DNA of 64,000 nucleotides, taken from NCBI GenBank assembly GCA_030390025.1, contig CM059431.1:104534001-104598000 (forward strand), read 5' to 3'. Shown piece by piece: positions 23,619-35,732 of this stretch; the first letter of the stretch is position 1; each line of letters starts with the position of its first letter. The notes under the pieces were generated by a model. The model made no database searches and had not been told where the DNA came from. It saw only the letters and a list, made by a program, of their open reading frames with translations. The DNA comes from Squalus acanthias. Lineage: Eukaryota. The translations under genes and the position numbers were made by a program.

Positions 23619-23930
23619 ATAGAATCATAACGGCACAGAAAGAGGCCATTCGGCCCATCGAGTCCGTGCTGGCTCTCTGTAGAGCAATCCAGTCAGTTCC
23701 ATTCCCCCGCTCTATCCCCGTAGCCCTGCAAGTTTATTTCCCTCAAGTGCCTATCCAGTCTCCCCTTGCAAACATTGAGTGTCTCCGCTTCCACCACTTC
23801 CGTCAGCAGCGAATTCCAGGTCCTCAGCACTCGCTGCGTAAAAAAGTTTTTCCTCACATCCCCCCTGTATCTCTTGCCCAAAACCTTAAATCTGTGTCCC
23901 CTAGTCCTTGTACCATCAACTAGTGGGAAC
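23619..23930 (-). mobile_element. CR1 LINE 3' end whose tail hosts the two Harbinger elements
   Basis: Reads LFPLVDGTRTRGHRFKVLGKRYRGDVRKNFFTQRV, followed by 3' UTR and an (ATAGAATC)-type tail. Confidence 0.88.
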
Positions 23931-24262
23931 AAGGACACCCTCAAAGCCTCCTTGAAAAAGTGCAACATCCCCACTGACACCTGGGAATCCCTGGCCCAAG
24001 ACCGCAGAAAGTGGAGGAGAAGCATCCAGGAAGGCGCCGAACACCTCGAGTCTCTTCACCGGGAGCAAGCGGAAGCCTAGCGCGAACAGCGCAAGGAGCG
24101 CACGTCAACCCAAGCACCCCACCCACCCACCCCTTCAACCACCGTCTGCCCCACCTGTGACAGAGACTGTAGGTCCCGCTTGGACTCATCAGTCACCTGA
24201 GAACTCATTTTTAATGTGGAAGCAAGTCATCCTCAGTTCCGAGGGACTGCCTAAGAAGAAGG
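23931..24262 (+). mobile_element. RTE-clade LINE 3' end, continuation of 18097-18360
   Basis: Reads KDTLKASLKKCNIPTDTWESLAQDRRKWRRSIQEG, then a C2H2-like remnant and a TAAGAAGAAG tail. Confidence 0.8.
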
Positions 24263-24387
24263 AGGTGCCTGAAGCAGACTCTGCACTTAATTAAGACTAA
24301 TCAATGATAAAACCTGCGGGACATTGATTGCATGCACTTTTGAACTGAAGGAATAGGAGATAAAAGCTTGATTAATTAGCTGTAAAT

Positions 24388-24855
24388 AAGTGGGTAGCAC
24401 TCTCGTCTCTGAGTCAGAAGGTTGTGGGTTCGAGTTCCCCTCCAGAGATTTGAGCATAAAATCCAGGCTGACACTCCAGTGCAGTACTGAGGGAGTGCTG
24501 CACTGTCAGAGTTGACGTCTTTTGGATGAGACCTTAAATCGAGGCCCCGTCTGCTCTCTCAGGTGGACGTGATAGATCACACAGCCACTATTTCAAAGAA
24601 GAGCAGGGATGTTCTCCATGGTGTCCTGGCCAATATTCATCCCTCAACCAATGCCACAAAAAAACAGATTATCTGGTCATTATGTCATTGCTGTTTGTGA
24701 GAGCTTGCTATGAACAAATTGGCTGCTGCGTTTCCTACATTACAACAGTGACTACACTTCTAAAGTACTTCATTGGCTGTAAAGCACTTTGGGATGTCCG
24801 GAGGTTGTGAAATGCGCTATAGAAATGCAAGTTTTTCTTTCTTTCTTTCTTTCTT
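24388..24855 (+). mobile_element. DeuSINE
   Basis: Near full-length match to the other copies, with a (CTTT)n tail. Confidence 0.85.
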
Positions 24856-25080
24856 TAATGAGCTGCTTGATACAGGAGAGGTTCATTGTAACCCTCATCT
24901 CATCTCAGGCTGAACTCAGTCTCCTGCTGTATTTTCTAATCTGCTTTATCCACCAGTTTCCCTCCTTTTTTTATTCCCTTATTCTTTTGAAGGCTCTGAC
25001 TCACTCTGGGGTACCGTTCCATGTGTATAAATGATACCTCACACAAGAGGCCCATTCTTGATGTCTGAAGTTTGACAGTA

Positions 25081-25953
25081 CGGCTGCGATTTTGCGTTCG
25101 GTGTCGGGATGGGTGCTGGACGGCTGGTTTCCGGGTTCCAGTCCTGCCCCCAGCTGCCTCCGCTCCACAGACGTGATTTTCCCTTAATTGACCTTGTTGA
25201 GCGCGCCCTGCGGGCTTACCGGCCAATTAACAGGAAGCGGGTCTGATGACGTCATTTGATGACGCATCATCTGCTGGTTTCCTTAAAGGGACCATGCACA
25301 ATTTTGTTTTGACAGCTGGTTTCTCAGTGTTTGACAGCATTGAGGTGCTGAAAACACTGACAATCACTGCACAAGGGTGAACTCTTGAACCCAGGTTCTC
25401 CAATGACTCCCTCAATATGCTGGAATAGATGGCAGCTGCAGGTCAGATGACAGAAGTGATCTGTCACTGGTGAGAGAGGTTCTCCCGATGAGGTGGCACT
25501 GGACATATAGTTGGATTTAAAAACTTGTAAGCTAAAGAAATCTGTATATGTTTTAAAAATGCAGTAACCAACATTTTCTTTGCTCTGAAACTCACCATGT
25601 GCAACATGGCATCCTTCACACCACTTCTGCACCTGTCATCTTTTCACAAACATTACAGCAGACTCACAACAAGCCACACTTACCTGGCGTGGTGTCCGGA
25701 CGTCGGGAAACCCGACCCAGAAGCGGCAAAATCAACAAACAGGCTGAAAACTACTGGCAAGTACCTGTTAATAGGCAGGTAATTGCCTTTAATCCGTTTC
25801 CTGCCGCTAGGTGTCGGGTCCATTCACAAATCGGGGACCCGACACTTGGGAAGACTGTTTGGAGGCGGGTTGACGGCGGGTTTGGGACCCGCTGTCAATC
25901 AAAAGGACTTTAACCTCTGACCCGCCTCTCTGAGTGCCGGCAAAATCGCGGTC
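25081..25953. mobile_element. About 870-bp non-autonomous Harbinger-like element
   Basis: Ends GGCTGCGATTTT/AAAATCGCGGTC. Absent from the paralogous site near 29085. Confidence 0.85.
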
Positions 25954-27019
25954 TTATGTCAGCAGGCTATTCGGGGCTTCACAACTGGTCCTATCTTCAC
26001 AAGATGCCCCCACACATATATCCCCTTTCTGAGGGATGAGGGGGGTGGGTTCAATGTGCAGCAGTCAGGAGTGAGACGTTTGGTTGATATTTCTCACAAT
26101 ATAGCTCGCAATATTGAGTCCAACTGTAGTTGACTGCGATAGATGAACATAGCCCAAAAAACCGAAAATTGCCTTGGTCTGTGTGCCTGACCATGGTGCA
26201 TTTATGTGCTAAGTCACAATCCAGATTATTCAAGTTAGTAAGGGAGCACTAGAGCAGGCTGGGCTCTTGTTCCAGCTCCTGGCAAGGTTGACCATTATCA
26301 ACTTATACAGTCATTTCTTTGGATCTCCTGTAGATGATAATGCAGTTCAACTCCAACACATACTCCCTTGAGATGACATGTTTAATGCATCCTGCATGTC
26401 TTTACAAACAGACACAAGCATTCAACTGACCCACTTACATCTAACTTCTCTTTAGGCAATTTTCTACAGTTAAAAGACATCATAACTAAAGAGTCGCAGA
26501 CGGAATATTTTGGATCTGCTTTCATTCGAATGACAGGCTGGGAAAAAAGATATCAAACACTGATTTGTACTGATCACTGCAACCCTCCGCTCAGGTGGAC
26601 ACCAGTGAGTGTGGCACAGACTGCACTGCATCCTGGGGGAGTCAACAAATCCGGACCAATCAGACGGACAATTCTGCCCAGTCAACTCACCCTATCATCT
26701 AGATTCTGGTTCAGGTTCTCTTCTATGTTATTATTTTTCTACCCTAAACCATAGCTCCATACAGCATGCTGAATCAGGAATTGATCAAATCCCCTTTTGA
26801 ATGGTTAGAATGAGTCAGTATTTACTACACTAGGTGGCAGCCTATTCCATTAGTTACTAATTCTAAATATGAAGAAGTTATTCCCGAAGAAAGAAAGACT
26901 TGCGTTTCTATAGCGCCTTTCATGACCTCAGGGCGTCCCAAAGCGCTTTACAGCCAGCGAAGTACTTTGGAAGTGTAGTCACTGTTGTGATGTAGGAAGC
27001 GCGGCAGCCAATTTGTGCA

Positions 27020-27345
27020 CGGCAAGGAGGCGGGGAGGTTTAAGGAGGGAATTCCAGAGCTCGGGGCCATGGCAGCTGGAGGCACGGCCGCCAATGGTGG
27101 AGCGATGAAAATCGGGGATGCGCAAGAGGCCAGAATTGGAGGAGCGAAGCGATCTCGGCGGGTTGTAGAGGCGGAAGAGGTTACAGAGATAGGGAGGGGG
27201 AGGGGGAGGGGGAGGGGGGCGAGGCCTTGGGGGGAATTGTGAACAAGGATGAGAATTTTAAAATCGAGGCGTTGCCGGACCGGGAACCAATGTAGGTCAG
27301 CGAGCACAGGGGGTGATGGGTGACCAGGCCTTGGTGCGAGTTGGC
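27020..27345 (-). mobile_element. L2 LINE 3' fragment, preceded by a SINE tail at 26888-27020
   Basis: Reads LADLHWFPVRQRLDFKILILV. Confidence 0.75.
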
Positions 27346-28416
27346 AGAGATCATGAGTTCAAATCCGACCACGGCAACTTTGAGAAGTTAAATTCAATAA
27401 TTCTGGTCATCTTTGGGCTAACACCAGAAAATGAAAGCTGCTGGAATATTCTAAACAGTCACCTGCTTCATTTAATGTCCACCAGGGTAGGAAGCTTGCC
27501 AGCCCTACCTGCCATGTGATATATGTAACTCCAGCCCACATTATGCGGTTGACTCTTAATGACCTCTGAAGTGACCTAGAAACCAATCAGTTTAGGGATT
27601 GGCAATAAATGTGGCTCTGCCATTATTACCCACATCCCAAGAAAGATGGGGAAAAAAACAATTCCTTCACTTCCAGTGTATCTGCTGATACAAAAAGCAT
27701 TTTATTTGCCTTTCCAACTTGCATTTATATAGCACCTATTAAAAAAAAGAAAGACTTGCATTTATATAGCGCCTTTCATGACCTCAGGACGTCCCAAAAT
27801 GCTTTACAGCCAATGAAGTACTTTTGAAGTGTAGTCACTGTTGTAATGTAGTAAAACGTCCCAAAGCGCTTCACAGGAGCGATTATCAAACAAAGTTTAT
27901 CACCGAGCCATATAAGGAGCTATTAGGATAAGTGACCAAAAGCTTGGTCAAAGAGGTAAGATTTAAGGAGCATCTTAAAGGAGGAGAGAGAGGTAGCGAG
28001 GCGGAGAGATTCAGGGAAGGAATTCAAAGAGTTGGGTTTTAAGGACTTGTGACAGATAGGCTGCGGCTCCGTCAGTATTTCTGGTTGAAGTAAACTGATG
28101 ATATTATTTTCTGCCGAGTCAATCATGCCATTCCCCAACACTGATCAGACAAAGCACGCATGCTGTTTTGGGTGGGAGAATGTTGAATGAAGAGGAATCA
28201 GGAGGCAGCATGTTTAATCATGAGTTCATTTCTCCCCAGCTTCAGAACAAAGTACTCACCACCTGCTGATTGAAGGAAAAAAGACATTAGACGAACAAAG
28301 AGAAGGAACTGCAAGCTACAATAAGAACACAAAGCCAATGAGCAAATTTGCTACAAATTCTATAATGGCTGCATCAACACCTCTCGAAGGCTTTAATTCC
28401 TGCATGGTTGTTGCTT

Positions 28417-28862
28417 TTGTCAGCTGTGGCTCAGTGGGTAGCACTCTCTTGCCTCTGAGTTATGAAGGTTGTGGGTTCAATTCCCACTTCAGAGACTTGT
28501 ACACATCAATCCAGGCTGACACTGTACTGAGAGCGTACTGCACCGTCAGAGGTGTTACAACCATCTGTCCTCGCATGTGGCTGTAAAAGATTCCTCGGCA
28601 TTATTTTGAAGAAGAGCAGGGGAGTTCTCCACAGTGTTCTGGCCAATATTTGTCCCTCAACCCACATCACTTAAAAAAAACCAGATTATCCGATCATTAT
28701 CACATTGCTGTTTGTGGGAGCTTGCTGTGCACAAACTGTCTGCCGCGTTTCCTACATTACAACAGTGACTACACTTCAAAAAGTACATAAATGACTGCAA
28801 AGCACTTTGGGACGTCCGGAGGTTGTGAAAGGCGCTATAGAAATGCAAGTCTTTCTTTCTTT
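28417..28862 (+). mobile_element. DeuSINE
   Basis: Head, body and tail match the other copies. Confidence 0.8.
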
Positions 28863-30110
28863 AATGAGCTGCTTGATATAGGAGAGGTTCATGGTAACCC
28901 TCATCTCATCTCAGGCTGAACCCAATCTCCAGCTGTATTTTCTAATCTGCTTTTTCCACCAGTTTCCCTCCTCTTTTTTTTATTCCCTTATTCATTTGAA
29001 GGCTCTGACTCACTCTGGGGTACCGTTCCATGTGTATAAATGATACCTCACCCAAGTGCCCATTTTTGATGTGTGAAGTTTGACAGTTATATGTGAGCAG
29101 GCTATTCGGGGCTTCACAACTGGTTGTATCTTCACAAGATGCCCCCACACATATCCCCTTTCTGAGGGGCGAGGGATGGGGGTGGTGGGGGGGGCGCGGT
29201 TAGTGGGGGTGTCACCGTGTAGCAATTGGGAGTGGGAACTTTGTTGAGATTTCTCTCCATAGCTTTGAATATTGAGTCCAACTCTAGTTGGCTGAGATAG
29301 ATTTATCCCTCAACCAACGTCACGAAAGCAGATTATCTGATCATTATCACATTGTTGTTGGTGGGAGCTTGTTGTGCGCAATTTTATTGCTGTGTTTCCT
29401 ACATTACAACAGTGACTACACTTCAAAAAGTACTTCATTGTCTGTAAAGTGCATTGGGACGCTGTGAGGTCGTGAAAGGCGCTATATAAATGCAAGTCTT
29501 TCTTTCTGTCTTTTAGCAGATATTGTAGCTTGGCATCTGGTTCTCTGCTGACCCAGGTTGGAACTTGAGAGAGGTGGCAAGGGATGGTGAAATGGGTGAA
29601 CATGTCCCCCATGGAGGGTTCGTTGTTCTCATTTCACATGTGTGAGGTTCCGATGGATGGTATTGAAAGCATGTAAACATTCTTGGAGTGAGTGGCAACT
29701 CCAGAGCTCTCTGCTGCACAGGTCCACACAGCTGAGCCCTGTTGGGTAGTCTTAAGACTCAATTTTAACCGAGGGCGGGAGCCTGCGGGGGTGAAGCGGG
29801 CAGCAAACCTCAAGGGAGCAGTCCCTGGAGACGTAAGTAGGAAACAGGGTGGGGGAATCGGGAAGGTCCCACAAGTTCAATATTGATGCCTCGTTCAACA
29901 ATTTCCTACACTGGAGGCTCCAGTAGACAGTAATCAGAACCTGAACCTTCATTTCACTTTCGGGTTTGATTCATGGTGTGGAGCACAGATTGGGCGGGAT
30001 GGGGGTCGGCCATCTACCCGATGACGTCAGTGAGGGGGTGGAGATGGTGTGGCGAGGGGAGGGGGGCGCGGTGGCGGCAGATCGATTTTGGTTCCGAGGC
30101 CTCAGTTAAA

Positions 30111-30282
30111 GGTGTGATAAAGGGCAGTTAGAAAGATTAACTGTAGTCATCTGGCATTGTTCTCTGACTATTTATGCTGTGCCCATATGTATTTCTTCAC
30201 TTCACCTGACGAAGGAGCAGCGCTCCGAAAGCTTGTGATTTCAAATAAAGCTGTTGGACTATAACCTGGTGTTGTGCGACTT
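30111..30282 (+). mobile_element. Short Penelope-like (pLTR) insertion
   Basis: Flanked by direct repeat CTCAGTTAAA (30101-30110, 30283-30292). Carries a hammerhead motif, AATAAA and the same 3' sequence as 53388-53470. Confidence 0.75.
30202..30238 (+). ncRNA. Minimal type I hammerhead ribozyme motif (family 1)
   Basis: TCAC-CTGACGA-A-GGAGC(AGC)GCTCC-GAAA-GC-TT-GTGA: intact core, stems I and II, loopless palindromic stem III. Confidence 0.8.
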
Positions 30283-30959
30283 CTCAGTTAAACTGAACAG
30301 ATGAGCTGTCCGCACGAATTGTGCTGCTTGCAGGCAGCTCGCCGTTTGGGAGGGCAAGAGATCTGGCAGGCTAGGCGTTCGCCACGGGGGAGGGGTGGAA
30401 GTCCGAGGCCTTAAACAGAGCAGCAGGAACATTTTATGAGCAAAGTGATGGGAACCAAGCTTTTGGTCACCTGTCCTAACATCTCCTTATGTGGCTCGGC
30501 GCCAAATTGTGTTTGATAATCGCTCCTGGGGACGTTTTACGACGTTGAAGGCGCTATATAAATGCAAGTTGTTGTTGTTGAAATAATGAAAGCACTTAGG
30601 GCTCAAAATACTGGGCTGAAGATTTTTTTTTAAGTGGTCCTTAGCTGCTGTCAGCTTTCTCTTTAAATAGTGCTCAAATGGTTGCCTTCGACTTGCACTT
30701 CCCGTGGCTTGTGGGCGGGTCGAGGAGGTAACGGCAGCAGCAATGCTGGGCATGTCAGCTGACCCCCATTAGCCTATATTTAGGTGGCCCCTGCCTATTT
30801 CTGGTGTTTGTGCAGGCCGCCTATACTGAGGCCTGCTTGAAAATCGCAACAGACGGGCCTGCAGCAGCGAGTCAGCACTTGATGTTCCTGATTTTCGTCC
30901 CGCTAAGGCTCCGGTTTTAGGCTGCAAACTGAACAGGAGCGAGACAGAAATAGTTCCCA

Positions 30960-31666
30960 GCATCAGCCGTGGTTCAGTGGGTAGCACGCTCTTGCCTCTG
31001 AGTCCGAAGGTTGTGGGTTCAAGTCCCATTCCAGGGACTTGAGCGCAAAAATCTAGGCTGACACTCCAGTGCAGTGCTGAGGGAGTGCTGCACTGTCGGA
31101 GGTACCGTCTTTCAGATAAGATGTTAAACTGAGGCCCCGTCTGCTCTCTCAGGTGGACGTAAAAGATCCCATGGCCACTATTTTGAAGAAGAGCAGGGGA
31201 GTTATCCCTGGTGTCCTGGCCAATATTTATCCCTCAATCAACATAACAAAAACAGATACGATAGCAAAATACTGCGGGTGCTGGAAATCCGAAATAACAA
31301 CAGAAAACGCTGGAAAAACTCAGCAGGCCAGACAGCATCCGTGGAGAGAGAAACAGAGTTAACGTTTCAGGTCGAAGACCTTTCGTCAGAACTGGAAAAA
31401 AGCAGGAAATGAAATAGATTTAAAGCAAGTATAAAGCTGGGAAAAGGGGGAGGGGATGAAAGAACAAAAGGGAAGGTCAGTGGTGGGTTATCTGGTCATT
31501 ATCACATTGCTGTTTATGGGAGCTTGCTGTGCGCATATTGGCTGCTGCGTTTCTTACATTACAACAGTGACTACACTCCAAAAATAAGTACTTCATTGGC
31601 TGAAAAGCGCTTTGAGATGTCCAGTGCTCGTGAAAGGCGCTATATAAGTGTAAGTCTTTCTTTTTT
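30960..31666 (+). mobile_element. DeuSINE with a nested Penelope-like fragment (about 31257-31480, minus)
   Basis: SINE breaks at AAAACAGAT and resumes at TTATCTGGTCATT. Confidence 0.8.
31357..31393 (-). ncRNA. Minimal type I hammerhead ribozyme motif (family 2)
   Basis: Reverse complement reads AGTT-CTGACGA-A-AGGTC(TTC)GACCT-GAAA-CG-TT-AACT. Confidence 0.8.
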
Positions 31667-32280
31667 ACGGTGTATCTGAGCCAGCCAGTCAGTACAAGAG
31701 GATAGGAATTATAACGGTTCAATTTTCAATTTACTGTTATTATGTAAAATTAGACTCTAGTCCTAGGAGAATGTAGAGGAAATGAAGAGACTTATTTAAA
31801 TTGAGAAGAGTGTAAATTTATCTTACAGCTTTACGAGGGTCAATTCTTAATGCAGATGGTGAACAGCACAAACTGGGAATATTATAAATTTGAGAAGATC
31901 TAGTAGATTTACACTGTCATTAACTGCAGTTCATTAAAACACTGGTATCATCTTCCACCTTTCCTTCATTTCCACGGTGCTCTGTACTTTGAAAGCGATT
32001 CGAAAAAATATATTAAAAAAAAATAAAACCAGTTGAGAGAGGGGGGAGGGTGGTAGTGCACCTGATTTGAACAGAAATATTCCTGAAGCTTTGAAACAGC
32101 GACGTGCATTTGTTTGTCACAGAACTTGGAACATAACACATTTCTTAGATTGAAAATAAAATAGATCTTAAAATAAGCATAGTACATCTGACATTTGGAC
32201 CAGAAAGACACTTCACAAACATATTTGCGCAATTATAAAATGTTTGAAAATTGGCCCCAAGTGTGTGAGTGTGTAAGATT

Positions 32281-32420
32281 TTTTCTGACAAAAGGTCATC
32301 GACCTGAAACGTTAACTCTGTTTCTCTCTCCACATTTGCTGCCTGACCTGCTGAGTATTTCCAGCATTTTCTGTTTTTTACTTCAGATTTCCAGCATCCG
32401 CAGTATTTTGCTTTCGTCTT
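32281..32420 (+). mobile_element. Penelope-like pLTR fragment with a mutated hammerhead core
   Basis: CTGACAA replaces CTGACGA. Downstream sequence matches 40083-40222. Confidence 0.7.
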
Positions 32421-33384
32421 CGGATTTTTAAAATCTCTTTCTCCCCCTTTCCTGCTAATCATTTTAAACATCACAGCGTAAAGTCTGCACTTTGGGCGCA
32501 ATGGAGAATCTGGGCGCAAATGGCGCTCGAAATTGCGCTGTTTTTCCAAAGTGAAGTTAAGGCTCAAGTTCCCGCTCAAACTCATCTGCATAATCACAAA
32601 CGTAAAATCTTCCACGAACCAGCGCCATTGGACAGTGCGATGGAACGTAATTGTTTATTGTTTATTTTCTCCTTGCATTAAAAATATTCCTTGATGTATT
32701 TAAGAGTGGTAACCTGGTGCAGTTTTATTAATACAGCTGAAACTGGATTTACCACAACATATTAGCATTTTTAGTCAGAGTGTCTAGTCCACCACCTGTG
32801 AGTAACCCGATTTTAAATCACTGAAAATGACTTCAAAAAGCTATACAGAACCATTTACTAGTTTAACTGCGCAAATTGGCTGCCGCGTTTCCCAGATTAC
32901 AACAGTGACTACACTTCAAAAAAGTACTTCATTGGCTGTAAAGCGCTTTGAGACATCCGGTGGTCATGAAAGGTGCTCTAGAAATTTAAGTCTTTCTTTC
33001 TTTTTACAGTACTCAGTTTCTTAGTAAATTAATTATTTTTTAATTTAAATTTTTTTTTTTTAAAAGCTGTCTGTGCGCCTAAATAAAAATGAGCTTAATT
33101 TTAAGAGCCTCCTCGAAGGTCCGCAAACAGGCGCAAACTGGCCGTGGTGATTAATTTGATTGGGGGGGTGTGGCCAGTTTTGTGGGCTGGGCCGGCGCCC
33201 AGCACGATGGTTTTTTAAACTAGTGCAAGAGATCGCGGAAACTCGAGTTGCGCCGGACGTAACTTGCGCTTGAATTTCCACAATCTTCGACACTGGTTTG
33301 GCCGAAAATCAGCACAACCAAGCGGAAACTCTACCCCCCCCACCACTAGTTTTTATTTATATTTATATATCAGGTTACATCTTA

Positions 33385-34010
33385 TGCAGCTCATCCGCTG
33401 GTGAAACCCTCACCCATGCCTTTGTTACCTCTAGACTAGACTGTTCCAATGCACTCCTGGCTGGCCTCCCACGTTCTACCCTACGTAAACTTGAGGTCAT
33501 CTAAAACTCGGCTGCCCGTGTCCTAACTCGCACCAAGTCCCGTTCACCCATCACCCCTGTGCTCGCTGACCTACATTGGCTCCCGGTTAAGCAACGCCTC
33601 AATTTCAAAATTCTCATCTTTGTTTTCAAATCCCTCCATGGCCTCGACCCTCCCTAACTCTGTAATCTCCTTCAGCCCCACAACCCCCCGAGATATCTGC
33701 GCTCCTCTAATTCTGCCCTCTTGAGCATCACTGATTATAATCGCTCCACCATTGCTGGCCGTGCCTTCTGTTGCCTGGGCCCTAAGCTCTGGAATTCCCT
33801 CGCTAAACCTCTCCGCCTCTCTACCTCTCTTTCTTCCTTTAAGACGCTCCTTAAAACCTACCTCTTTGACCAAGCTTTTGGTCATCTACCCTAATTTCTC
33901 CTTATGTGACTCGGTGTCAAATTTTTTGTCTTATAATACTCCTGTGAAACACCTTGGGACGTTTTACTACATTAATGTGGCTATATAAATACAAGTTGTT
34001 GTTGTTGTTG
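33385..34010 (+). mobile_element. L2 LINE 3' end
   Basis: Reads ETLTHAFVTSRLDCSNALLAGLP...LHWLPV, with a (GTT)n tail. Further L2 3' pieces at about 27855-28030, 30455-30580, 49310-49520, 56705-57890 and 60885-61250. Confidence 0.85.
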
Positions 34011-35732
34011 TGAGACAGCAAACATGAAGGAGACATTATGCAATGAAACTTGCAACCACGTCACCATCCCAATCTATTCTGATTCTAAGCTATAACACAG
34101 CAGCGGTCAATATAATCAATAACCATGTATAAACTTCTACCTCCAGTTTCTCTCCCTCTCCCTGCCCTCTCACCCCTCCTCTCTATCTACTGATTACACA
34201 CAAATCACAGAAAAATATATCGCCAAGAATTAGAACAATGTTTGGATAACCTCTAACAGTTATTCATGTTAGATCTGCTGAGGGTAAACAGCAAAAAAAA
34301 TGGCTTATGTGCTAATAAACAGCTCTGTCTGTAGTTTTACCATTTATTCAGCACAAGGGTCATTTATTGCCTAGGAGACTCAGCGTATCTGACGCATATC
34401 ACTTCGATAAAAGGGAACAATTGAGTAATTGGGCAGGTACTGGAATCACTGAAAGGCAATGAAAACTAATTATATATGTCTGAAACAAGCGAACTAATAA
34501 ACATTATTCAGCTGTGGGGAATAATTTCTGTTAAATGCTTGTGCCGTCTCGTACAAAAATAAAACCCAAAAAGATTGCCTCATCAGCAACCACGATTTTT
34601 GTGAGCTGAGTTTCTGTGTTAAGATTGCTGCATCCCATTTCAAAGCGGCTTCATGTTATTAACAACGGCTCTGAGCCAATTAACCAGCGGCTGGGGCAAT
34701 CATTACAAACACTGCTTACTTCCAATTTTACCACCGACGCACAGCAACAGATGGCTGTCCCGGAAGACAATGGGGCAACTGCCAAACTTAATCAAAATGG
34801 CATAAACAGTGTAAATTATGTTACGATAAAAAAAAAACAAAAGATAAGAAAGACACGCATTTATACCGCGCCTCCCGCGACCTCCAGACGTCCCAAAGCG
34901 CTTTGCAGCCGATGAAGTACTTTTTTCAAGTGCGGCCACTGTTGTGACGTAGGAAAGGCGCCAGCCAATTTGCGCACAGCAAGCTCCCACAAACAGCAAT
35001 GTGATAATGACCAGACAATTTGATTTAGTGATGTTGGTTGAACTGTGACCAGGGGAAATGGAAGAAACCTGATTGGATCCTGCAATGACATCCCTTCAGC
35101 TTCTGTTAAATAAAATTCGAATCGGAGTGCCTGCCTCAAGCACAGTGTAGCAGCCCTCAGCCTGACCCACAAGCGCAAGTGCCCTTGACGCACAAACTGC
35201 GGCAAGGACAGGCGCTTTGTAGTCTCTACCCATTTTTTCGCCTGTATTGTGCCCAGAAAACAAATGCGCTGTGGGCCCAATAAGGAGGAAAATGGGCCCC
35301 ATTACTTAAAAAAAACTTAATGTTCTACCGCTGAGAAGTAGCTCGACTATCGCCGTTGATAGATTAGTTTTACTTTTTGCTGAGAGGTGAGGACATTATA
35401 GCGAATATTGAAATTTTCAATTTCACAGGTTTTTTAATCTAAGAAGTGAGCTGCTGCCAGTCAATCCTGAGAAGCAAAAAGGCCTTCCTTTAATACTGTG
35501 ATGAGATTAAGCCACTGTTTTAAATTGCCACTGCCCAGCTCAATCAAACAGCAGACATTCCTGTGTTTCCAGAGAGCTTATTTCTTGACCCAATGTGTAT
35601 CTATTGTTACAGTCAGCTGTAAACACAATTTTTCTTCAAGTCTGGACACGACAGTTTCCGATTTGTCTAAATTCATGCATTACTTTATGTGTGTTGGCTG
35701 CATTCATAGAATCATAGAAATTTACAACACAG

